From positions 119,424 through 183,423 of the forward strand of contig LCBT01000002.1 of the NCBI GenBank assembly GCA_000997385.1: 64,000 bases of DNA, in the 5' to 3' direction. Below the pieces are notes generated by a model. It ran no database searches. It worked only from the letters and a program-made list of their open reading frames with translations, and had not been told where the DNA came from. Both the position numbers and the translations under genes were made by a program. This DNA comes from Candidatus Daviesbacteria bacterium GW2011_GWA1_41_61. GTDB taxonomy: Bacteria > Patescibacteriota > Microgenomatia > Daviesbacterales > UBA10151. Of this stretch, positions 56,243 to 64,000 are shown one piece after another. Each line of letters starts with the position of its first letter. The first letter of the stretch is position 1.

Positions 56243-59028
56243 ATGAAATTCACTAAATTTTTTTCCTGGACATTCTTAGGTTTGGCCTTTGTTACTTTTA
56301 TTTTCTTCTCCGGCATTGTTTCCTTGATTACTGACTGGTGGTGGTACCAAGAAGTAGGGTTTACCGAAATCTTTATCAAATCGCTCAGCGCAAAAATCAT
56401 TGTGGGAGCTCTAGTAGGAATTCTTGCTGCTGCCTTTCTTCTTACCAACTTATCTTTTGCCATCCGTTCAAAAATACCCTGGATGGCAGCCATCCCCGAA
56501 GCCCTAATTGGTACTAATCAACCCCTTAGCCTGAATAGCCGCTTACTTGGAAAGCTCGGCATTATTTTAAGCTGTATTATTGCCCTTTTTATCGGTCTTT
56601 TAGCCTCAAGCAGCTGGCACGAGGTTTTAAAGTTCCTATCAAGCGTGCCATTTGGCCAAAAAGACCCGATATTTGCTGCTGACGTATCTTTTTACGTGTT
56701 TTCCCTGCCTGTTTTTTCTTTGGGGCTTGGCCTTATAAAAACCGTTATTTTAATATCGCTTATCGGTTGCGGCGCAATCTACATTCTGCGGGGCAGCCTC
56801 AATTTATCAAGCCTTTTCCCTAAAATTAACCTCTCCAAATTAACCGGAAAACCTGAAAGTCTGATTATTAGACCTACGAAAGATCAAACCGAACCAAAAG
56901 CCAGACTGCATATCAGCATTCTGCTAGCTCTTTTTCTTACAACCATTGCCGTCGGTACCTATCTTTCTCTCTATAATTTACTTACCAGCCAGAGCGGCCC
57001 GGTGTTTGGCGCGACCTTCACCGATGCCAATGTCATGGTACCGATCCTTCGCGTATCTGTTTTTGTTTACGGGGCGGCTGCCATCCTGGCATTATTTTAT
57101 GGTGTGAGCGGAAAAATTGCGCCTCTTTTTGGAGCAATTTTTTTAACTGTAATAGTCGGGTTTGCTTCTTCAATCATCCCTGGTGTTTTTCAAAAACTGG
57201 TGGTTGCACCCAATGAACTTACCAAAGAAACGCCTTTTATCAAATACAATATTGAGGCCACCAATAAGGCTTATGGTCTGGACAGAGTGGAAGAGCGGGA
57301 AATAGCCGCGGATAAACCGATTACAGCTCCTGATATAGCAGCCAACAATCTGACCATCAAGAATGTCAGACTGTGGGACAGAGCGCCGCTCCTGTCCACT
57401 TTTTCGCAAATCCAGGAGATTAGAACTTACTACGAGTTTACCTCTATTGATAACGATCGTTATACAATCAACAATGAACTGCGCCAAATTATGCTTTCTC
57501 CCCGGGAATTAGCCTCGGACAGCCTGCCGAACAAAAACTGGATTAACGAGCGGCTGACCTTTACTCACGGCTATGGGGTTGCCGGCGGACCAGTGAACCA
57601 GGTTACTCCGGAAGGATTGCCGGTTTTATTTGTCAAAGACTTACCTCCAAAATCCGAAGTCAAAGAACTTGAGGTCACAAGACCGGAGGTTTACTACGGG
57701 GAAATCCCCAATGATTATGTCATAGTCAAAACAAAGTCCAAAGAATTTGATTATCCCAAAGGAGATGAAAATGTGTATACTACATACGGCGGAGTAGGTG
57801 GCGTTGAGATTAACTCACCCCTTCGCCGATTCCTGTATGCGCTGCGCTTTGGTTCCCTCAAATTATTTTTATCTGCTGATGTAACATCGGAGAGCCGTAT
57901 CCTTTATTATCGCAATATAAAAGAAAGAGTTGCTAAAATTGCCCCGTTTCTTGCCTTTGACCGAGACCCATACCTTGTAATCGCTGAAGGTAAAATGTAT
58001 TGGGTACTTGATGCCTATACCTCAACAGACCATTATCCGTATTCTCAACCGCTACCGCTAAATGGCGGTAACGTAAACTATATAAGAAATTCAGTCAAGG
58101 CAGTAATAGACGCTTACAACGGGACAATCAAATTCTATCAAACAGATCCGGATGATCCGATTATCAAAACCTACGCCAAAATTTTCCCCAAAACTTTCCT
58201 TCCACTAACTGAGCTGCCCAAAAGTTTAACTGCTCATTTGCGTTATCCGCAAGATTTGTTCACTCTGCAAACAGCAATCTACACAACCTATCATATGGAT
58301 GATCCGCAGATTTTCTACAACAAAGAGGACCAGTGGGAAATTCCTGCTATTGCCCAGGGGGGCGAGGCACAACCAGCCAAGGTACCGGTAATGGATCCTC
58401 GGCACATGATTATGAAGCTTCCCGGTGAGAAAGCCGAGGAGTATATTTTGATGCTGCCGTTTACCCCGCGGGCAAAAGATAATCTCTCTGCCTGGATGGT
58501 GGCCAGAAATGACGGAGAGCAGTATGGTAAGCTGGTTGTCTACCGCTTCCCCAAGGATAAACTGGTATTTGGTCCCAAACAGATTATCGGCCGAATCAGT
58601 CAGGATGCGCAGATCAGTCAGCAGATTTCCCTTTGGGATCAGGGCGGTTCGGAGGTAATTCAAGGCCCGCTTCTGGTCATTCCAATTGAGGAGTCTTTGG
58701 TCTATGTCCGTCCGCTCTACCTTGAAAAATCCCCGAACTCAAACGGGTCATTGTTGCATATGAGAACAAAATTGCCATGGAAGAAACATTAGAAGCAGGT
58801 CTTGCTAAGATATTTGGCACTGCCGAGGGCAAAGTAAAACCATCCGGGGAAACACCTGCCCCGAGTGCATCTACCGATGGAAGCAAAGAAGGTCTCCTTC
58901 AACAAGCCAGTCAGGCGTATGAAGCTGCTATCCGTGCACAACGGGAAGGAGATTGGGGGAGATACGGAGAGGAAATAAAACGCTTAGGAGAAATCCTAAA
59001 TAAGCTAAGCTTGCGTTCTTCGAACTAA
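56243..59028 (+). pseudogene. UPF0182 family membrane protein, frameshifted near 58724
   Basis: DWWWY, NVRLWD, FTHGYG, NYIRNSVK; the continuation KIPELKRVIVAYENKIAMEETLE lies in another frame. Confidence 0.85.
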
Positions 59029-59043
59029 AGCTGCGCTAATACT

Positions 59044-59127
59044 TTAATTAGTCAATTTGTTTTCAATCATCTTTTCAACTTTTCTTTTTGCTTCCTCTAA
59101 AAGCTCTTTTGATTTTTTCCTCGATAT
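59044..59127 (-). pseudogene. Probable C-terminal remnant of an RM specificity (HsdS-like) gene
   Basis: SRKKSKELLEEAKRKVEKMIEN* resembles S-subunit C-terminal helices as recalled; no start. Confidence 0.5.
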
Positions 59128-59128
59128 A

Positions 59129-59710
59129 TTATTTTGCATTTTCTAACCAAGTTGCAAAATTGTTATATCCATTTCCGCTTATCCAATCATAACACTGAAC
59201 CCAACTTGACAGCTTGAAACCCTTGCCCCAATACTGTCTATCAAAACTGGCTGTCTTGGACGGCAAATCCTGATAAATCTTCCAATCTGTTCCGTCGTGT
59301 TCGTAATAGGTAATTCTCCTTCCGTCTTCGCTTGTCACAAATCCTAGAAAATCAAACGGATTTTGCCCCTGAAAAAAAGTCTGTCTATTTTTGTCAGGTA
59401 CGCTGTTTATATGAACGCCAAACAATGTATTTCCTCGATCATAACTTTTTAATATTTCGTACCTAACCCAACGCCTGTTCCAAGTATTTGTGCCAATAAG
59501 AACACAAGTAACGGTTGTGTCATCAAGGTTTGAATTTATAAGTCGTTTTACTGAATCGGCACCGTATCTTTTTGCATCTTCCCAAATTGAGGCATCAAAA
59601 AATCCTGCTTCTTGACCATTCGCTTTTGTAAAACCATGATTTCTTACAACATTGGCACGAAATGTTTTTACATCGTCATAATGAAAACTGAAGAATACCT
59701 GCTTTGCCAT
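59129..59710 (-). CDS. Thoeris ThsB-like / MTH538 TIR domain protein
   Basis: VFFSFHY.D, RANVVRN, TCVLIG..T..RRWVRYEI (catalytic Glu). Confidence 0.88.
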   Translation of the reverse strand: MAKQVFFSFHYDDVKTFRANVVRNHGFTKANGQEAGFFDASIWEDAKRYGADSVKRLINSNLDDTTVTCVLIGTNTWNRRWVRYEILKSYDRGNTLFGVHINSVPDKNRQTFFQGQNPFDFLGFVTSEDGRRITYYEHDGTDWKIYQDLPSKTASFDRQYWGKGFKLSSWVQCYDWISGNGYNNFATWLENAK

Positions 59711-59712
59711 AT

Positions 59713-60114
59713 TTAGTTTATTAAATACACAATAAAAAGCATGATAAAAATTAGGGATAGATAAAACCACAAAAGAGTCAGTGAAGACATTGAGCTTAAC
59801 CAACTGTTGCGCTTGTTCTTTTTATACTTCCGCGTGTCCATGGAAAAATCTATTTCTTTTTCATCAAGTTTTCTGACATCATCATATAAATCACGGAATA
59901 ATCGCTCTTGAGAAAGAAAATAACCGTCCAAAACCCAGAACATAATAACCGGAAAATAAGCAATGAAAATGTACTTCGGATTTGCATCCTTTGCAGATAA
60001 AGCAAAAAGTGCGGCAATCAATGTAATCGCCCATCCTTTCAGAAAAAACGAATTGCCTGCCATTTTATTGATGACTCCTTGAATGAACTCAAGATGTTTT
60101 CGCTTATTTTCCAT
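59713..60114 (-). CDS. Small multi-pass membrane protein paired with TIR (putative effector)
   Basis: KHLEFIQGVINKMAGNSFFLKGW; about 3 hydrophobic segments; 2-nt gaps to both neighbours. Confidence 0.75.
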   Translation of the reverse strand: MENKRKHLEFIQGVINKMAGNSFFLKGWAITLIAALFALSAKDANPKYIFIAYFPVIMFWVLDGYFLSQERLFRDLYDDVRKLDEKEIDFSMDTRKYKKNKRNSWLSSMSSLTLLWFYLSLIFIMLFIVYLIN

Positions 60115-60116
60115 AC

Positions 60117-60914
60117 TCAAATAATTACTGTTGCTTTTTCGTACAATATTGGTAAACAATCCTGCCTCATTCGAAATTTTGTGCCATGATTGTGCCCCGT
60201 GCGTGCGTCAAAATCCACAAGGATTTTGCCTTCTTCTAATGCTTTCAAAAATCCTTCAAAGCTGAATTTTTGCAACATCATTACTTTTGTGTAGTGATAA
60301 TATTCCTTTTTCCCTTCAATTTTTACTTCAGCCTGAACATAAAAAGTATTAAGTAATTTTGTTCCAGCTTTATGATCCAGATCATCAAAGCCCCAATATG
60401 GTTGTGGATTAAGTTCATCTAGTCCAACACGCTTTTTGACAGATTCAAGCCATTCTTTATGCCTTTTATCAACGCTTTCTGCATCGAAAGAAATTAAAAT
60501 TTTCCGCTCCTTACGGTCAATTACTACCATGAAACCACGATCGCTTCTTGCCAGCCCATGGATAGTAAGGCGAAAACTCATCTCGCCTTTTTGATATTTT
60601 TTACCGTCTTCTTGATGCGTCCAGCCGTATCCAGGCAAAAGGACTTGGGGGACGAAACGAACTGCTCTAGGTGAAGGCTCGGTATGAAAAAGGGTTGTAA
60701 GAGATGAAGAATTGAGTCGTTGCGCTTTTAATTCCCACTCCGCAGCATTTGGAATTGGTAAATTATTTTCTTTAATATCAAGTAAATCTTCGAGTGTGTT
60801 CCCTATCCCACCAGAGTTATCTCGCCGGGCGTTCGTAACCCAACCCATAGCGGCAATTTCTTTAAGTTTATCAATTAATGTTTGCTTTGAATAAATAATA
60901 GGTTTATCTGTCAT
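60117..60914 (-). CDS. MvaI/BcnI family restriction endonuclease
   Basis: GIGNTLEDLL.I.ENN..P....ELK, TLF..EP, HNHGTKFR. Confidence 0.85.
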   Translation of the reverse strand: MTDKPIIYSKQTLIDKLKEIAAMGWVTNARRDNSGGIGNTLEDLLDIKENNLPIPNAAEWELKAQRLNSSSLTTLFHTEPSPRAVRFVPQVLLPGYGWTHQEDGKKYQKGEMSFRLTIHGLARSDRGFMVVIDRKERKILISFDAESVDKRHKEWLESVKKRVGLDELNPQPYWGFDDLDHKAGTKLLNTFYVQAEVKIEGKKEYYHYTKVMMLQKFSFEGFLKALEEGKILVDFDARTGHNHGTKFRMRQDCLPILYEKATVII

Positions 60915-60920
60915 TGTTAT

Positions 60921-61763
60921 TTACAAAAGACTAATTTGAGATTGGTCTATTCTAATCCTTTCTTCAGCCATATCGCAATATTCTGGCGAGATATCTATCC
61001 CAATATAATTTCGTTTGAAGTTTAGAGCGGATATTGCAGTTGTGCCAGATCCCATAAAAGGATCAAGGATAACTTTTGCATTTGTTGACGAGATAATTCG
61101 ATCAATTAATTTGACAGGGAAAGCGGCAGGGTGTTCGTTTTTCATCTCTTGTGTAAATTCCCAAACATCACCGTAAGCATTGGCTTTTGGTGCAAGTTTA
61201 AACCTCGGCTTTGCAATAAGATAAATTACCTCATAGGTGGGAAGAAAGTACCCTGCATTAAAATTAAGACCTCCTTTCCTCTTCCAAATAATAATTTGCC
61301 TGACAGGAAATCCAGCAACGATATCTTGACGATCTTGTAACAAGCCATCTTGAACACGCCATTTATGATTGTAGAAAATCGCGCCATCTTCTGGAATTAT
61401 TCTCATCATTTCATTCAAACACTCTTTTTGCCATTTAACATATCCATCATGGGGCATACAATCGTCGTGATGTGTGTATCCATTTTGGAGTGCAGCATTT
61501 GCCCACTTTCCGCCACGCCCATCTTTCATGCCGTTACCAGTTGAATTTTTGAGATTATACGGTGGTGAGGTAACAACTAAATCAACCTTTCCATCAGAGA
61601 TTTGCTTCATTATCTCGACAGCATCACCACATAGAATTCGATTTATAAAATCTTCCGGATATAAAAGCTTTTTAACACTCTTTTTGTTAGACTGATAGTC
61701 TAATCCAGTTTTGTTTATACCTTGTGGCATTATAATATTATCCATTGATTTTACTCTTCCCAA
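60921..61763 (-). CDS. Beta-class N4-C/N6-A DNA methyltransferase
   Basis: VTSPPY precedes HPA.FP and LDPFMGSGTT; alternative start at 61745. Confidence 0.92.
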   Translation of the reverse strand: MGRVKSMDNIIMPQGINKTGLDYQSNKKSVKKLLYPEDFINRILCGDAVEIMKQISDGKVDLVVTSPPYNLKNSTGNGMKDGRGGKWANAALQNGYTHHDDCMPHDGYVKWQKECLNEMMRIIPEDGAIFYNHKWRVQDGLLQDRQDIVAGFPVRQIIIWKRKGGLNFNAGYFLPTYEVIYLIAKPRFKLAPKANAYGDVWEFTQEMKNEHPAAFPVKLIDRIISSTNAKVILDPFMGSGTTAISALNFKRNYIGIDISPEYCDMAEERIRIDQSQISLL

Positions 61764-62355
61764 GTATACCTACAACCTTACCTAATAATCTAGTCTCAGG
61801 GTATATGGGAATATTTCTATATTTTGGGTTCTCCGGTTTCAGATAAACCTTACCATCAGCATGAATAAATCTTTTAACAGTAGTCTCGCCATCCCAACGG
61901 GCTAAAACTATGTCACCGTTTTTAAAGTCTTTTGCATACCTTACTAAAACAGCATCATCATCCTGTATTCCAGCACCAATCATAGAGTCTCCTTTTACTT
62001 TTACTACAAATAAATCTACTGTTGTTTCAATATCGCCTGCTGCTTTCCATTCAATATCTTCAAACGCTTGCATATATGCACCAGCTGCGCTGATTCCTAC
62101 ATATGGCATTATTGGTTGCGTGTCAAGAGCCTCAAATCCTTTTTGCAGAATCTTTAGTCCTCGTGCCATACCTTCTTCCTTCTTAATAAATCCCTTATTT
62201 TCTAATAAGCGCAAAAGGTCTAAAACTGATTGATTTGAAGAAACATTTAGTTCTTCGCGAAGATCTGCGAGTGTTGGGGGAAAACCTGAATCTTTGAGAG
62301 ATCGATAGATAGCTCTGAGCGTCTGTTTTTGCCGGGGGGTTAATTTACTTTTCAT
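61738..62355 (-). CDS. lexA: LexA-family repressor (copy 2)
   Basis: LTPRQ, FPPT..L wHTH; AAG cleavage site, GDSM Ser, TVKR Lys. Confidence 0.88.
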   Translation of the reverse strand: MKSKLTPRQKQTLRAIYRSLKDSGFPPTLADLREELNVSSNQSVLDLLRLLENKGFIKKEEGMARGLKILQKGFEALDTQPIMPYVGISAAGAYMQAFEDIEWKAAGDIETTVDLFVVKVKGDSMIGAGIQDDDAVLVRYAKDFKNGDIVLARWDGETTVKRFIHADGKVYLKPENPKYRNIPIYPETRLLGKVVGILGKSKING

Positions 62356-62362
62356 AGAGTAA

Positions 62363-62391
62363 AATATACTGACTATATAGTCAGTTGTCAA
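62363..62391 (-). promoter_or_regulatory. Promoter with palindromic operator in the spacer (lexA copy 2)
   Basis: TTGACA-actgactatatagtcag-TATATT; 18-bp perfect palindrome 62368-62385. Confidence 0.88.
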
Positions 62392-62494
62392 GATAGCAAA
62401 TTATACAGCTTTCTTTGAGCCCGTAAACTGCCTCTTCATTTTTGAATATCTTTCCAATCACATCTTCGGCTTTATTTGGTTTTATAGTTGGCAT
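62381..62494 (-). pseudogene. 5' remnant of the gene formerly downstream of lexA copy 1 (possibly RM methylase)
   Basis: MPTIKPNKAEDVIGKIFKNEEAVYGLKE begins 4 nt after the lexA stop, then runs into the second promoter. Confidence 0.45.
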
Positions 62495-62498
62495 AAGT

Positions 62499-63137
62499 TT
62501 AAGAAATCATCCTCCATTGACCATTTTTCAAAACAGAAATAACTTTACCCTCTAAAACCACGTCTTCTGTAAAGTAAATAATTTCATACTTTGGATTTTC
62601 CGGTTTTAAATAAAGATATGGCGGTTTATCTTCCGAAATAAAACGTTTTACCATAGACTCATCTCCGACTTTTGCCAGTACAACATCTCCCGAAACGAAT
62701 TCTTTTTGACTTTTTACCAATACTTTGTCCCCATCATCTATTCCCGCATTGATCATCGAGTCGCCTGAGATTTGAAGAAGAAAAACATTATCTTGAAGCA
62801 TTGCAACCTGAGAAGAAAGAATTTGCCATTCACCGGAAATTTCAATGGCTTGAAGAGGAACGCCTGCGGATGTAGCACCCAGGAAGGGAGCAATTGGTGG
62901 TTTGCCGAGTACCTCGTAGCCAAGAGGCAATATCGTTATGCTTCGCGCTTGGGATTCGTTGCGCTTAATGAGCTTTTTCTTTTCCAGTTTCGCTAATAGA
63001 TCAATCACTGACTGATTGGAGGAGACGTTTAGTTGCTCTCGCAATTCTTCAAAAGTCGGAGGATAACCCGTACTTATAATATACCTGTAAAGGTTTTCCA
63101 GTAATTCCTTCTGCCTTTCCGTGATGGAAGAAACCAT
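62499..63137 (-). CDS. lexA: LexA-family repressor (copy 1)
   Basis: ITERQ, YPPTFEEL, SAG cleavage site, GDSM, MVKR. Confidence 0.88.
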   Translation of the reverse strand: MVSSITERQKELLENLYRYIISTGYPPTFEELREQLNVSSNQSVIDLLAKLEKKKLIKRNESQARSITILPLGYEVLGKPPIAPFLGATSAGVPLQAIEISGEWQILSSQVAMLQDNVFLLQISGDSMINAGIDDGDKVLVKSQKEFVSGDVVLAKVGDESMVKRFISEDKPPYLYLKPENPKYEIIYFTEDVVLEGKVISVLKNGQWRMIS

Positions 63138-63146
63138 AGCAATTCA

Positions 63147-63175
63147 AATATACCCGACTATTTAGTCGGGGTCAA
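63147..63175 (-). promoter_or_regulatory. Promoter with palindromic operator in the spacer (lexA copy 1)
   Basis: TTGACC-ccgactaaatagtcggg-TATATT; cccgacta-tt-tagtcggg 63153-63170. Confidence 0.88.
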
Positions 63176-63181
63176 GAGGCA

Positions 63182-63780
63182 ATTGTAACCGGCATACTAG
63201 AGTGGTGGAGCATATTTTTTTGTCAAATCCCAAACTCCGCAACCTCAAGTTCAAAATCAGGTTGTAGTTTCTCAAACTCCTAAATCTACTACTATTCCAG
63301 ATGGAACTGCTAACCCCAATCCCGACCAATTCGGGACCGATTTAATCGGGGCTAACTGAAAAATATATGAAAACCCGTCTTACAAATTTAGCCTTAAGTA
63401 TCCTTCGGATTGGCGGCAAGAGACTCAGGTTTCTACTTATGGTGATCAAACTTTAGCAGTGTTAACTTTAGATCCTTCCTGTTCGGATGTAGGTTGTAGT
63501 GGTAGGCCAAGGGGTGTGTATATTTACCTTTAAAGACTATGTTAACCAGATAGTTATACCGCAAAACTCCTCTGCGAAAATCATAAATCAGCAGAAGTAC
63601 TTTAGAAATCTTGATGCGGTAGTTGCCGAGGGGTTTTCAGGAGCGGGGTCTCCAGGGTTAGTAGCATTTATAGCTAAAGAAACAAATATTATTGAGCTAT
63701 TTTCAGACGGTATTGATGAAGCTATTGCAAATAAATTTTTTCCACCTTTAAATTTATCCAGTAAAAATAAACTTGTGTGA
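63182..63780 (+). pseudogene. Decayed pilin-like/PsbP-like surface protein gene
   Basis: GAYFF..., AN*KIYENPSYKFSLKYPSDW (TGA at the Trp position), frameshifts, 5' end missing. Confidence 0.65.
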
Positions 63781-63822
63781 GTTTGTAAAATTACAGGATA
63801 AGAGGTATGATTGTTTCGTTTT

Positions 63823-64000
63823 ATGAAAATTGCTCAAATTGCACCTATTGTGGAGAGAGTTCCTCCTAAAAAATATGGAGGAACTGAGCGAGTAGTTTAC
63901 GCTTTGACTGAAGATCTCGTGAGACTTGGACACGATGTGACATTATTTGCCAGCGGCGATTCTATTACTTCCGCCAAATTAATATCTGTTTACCCCCGTG
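63823..64000 (+). CDS. GT4 family glycosyltransferase (runs off window)
   Basis: MKIAQIAP...PPKKYGGTERVV...GHDVTLFASGDS. Confidence 0.88.
   Translation, partial: MKIAQIAPIVERVPPKKYGGTERVVYALTEDLVRLGHDVTLFASGDSITSAKLISVYPR

Noticed and set aside
58715-58735. Programmed ribosomal frameshift in UPF0182
   Set aside because: Residues appear to be missing at the junction, which fits a deletion; no convincing slippery heptamer plus stimulator
61738-63137. Prophage immunity region (CI-like repressors)
   Set aside because: Both proteins have LexA-type winged HTH domains; no divergent cro, integrase or structural phage genes
63357-63359. UGA recoding (alternative genetic code) at the Trp position of the pilin-like relic
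   Set aside because: TGA ends several intact genes here (for example 8736, 50327) and the relic also has frameshifts; a nonsense mutation is simpler
1-64000. tRNA, rRNA or tmRNA genes
   Set aside because: No cloverleaf or rRNA-like segment recognised in the intergenic regions by eye; a tRNAscan/Rfam run would be needed to exclude them fully

Overview
Bacterial chromosome segment, low GC, standard genetic code. Gene content and style (reduced housekeeping set, many MQKGF pilin-like proteins, near-leaderless genes) suggest a Patescibacteria/CPR organism, probably Microgenomates; this is inference. Positions 1-53.5 kb are mostly core genes (tsaD, groES/groEL, metG, sbcCD, pcrA, tpiA, pilNO, rpsT, murJ, lepA, hrcA-grpE-dnaK-dnaJ) interspersed with short orphan ORFs. 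Positions 53.6-63.8 kb are accessory. They hold (i) a diversity-generating retroelement target gene with a 108-bp VR/TR pair (19 mismatches, 18 at TR adenines), no reverse transcriptase, and an IS200-like remnant where RT would be expected; (ii) dedA and a frameshifted UPF0182 gene behind a structured leader; (iii) a defence operon lexA - N4/N6 MTase - MvaI/BcnI REase - small membrane protein - Thoeris-like TIR. Two tandem LexA-like genes share the same unusual palindromic operator in their promoter spacers, and the defence operon appears to have replaced most of an older RM locus. Across the window, a family of ~20-28 bp hairpin elements (CTGA...GAAG) and degenerate heptamer runs sit in-frame inside conserved proteins. 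No rRNA, tRNA or CRISPR array was recognised. All product calls come from motif recognition by eye, not database searches.
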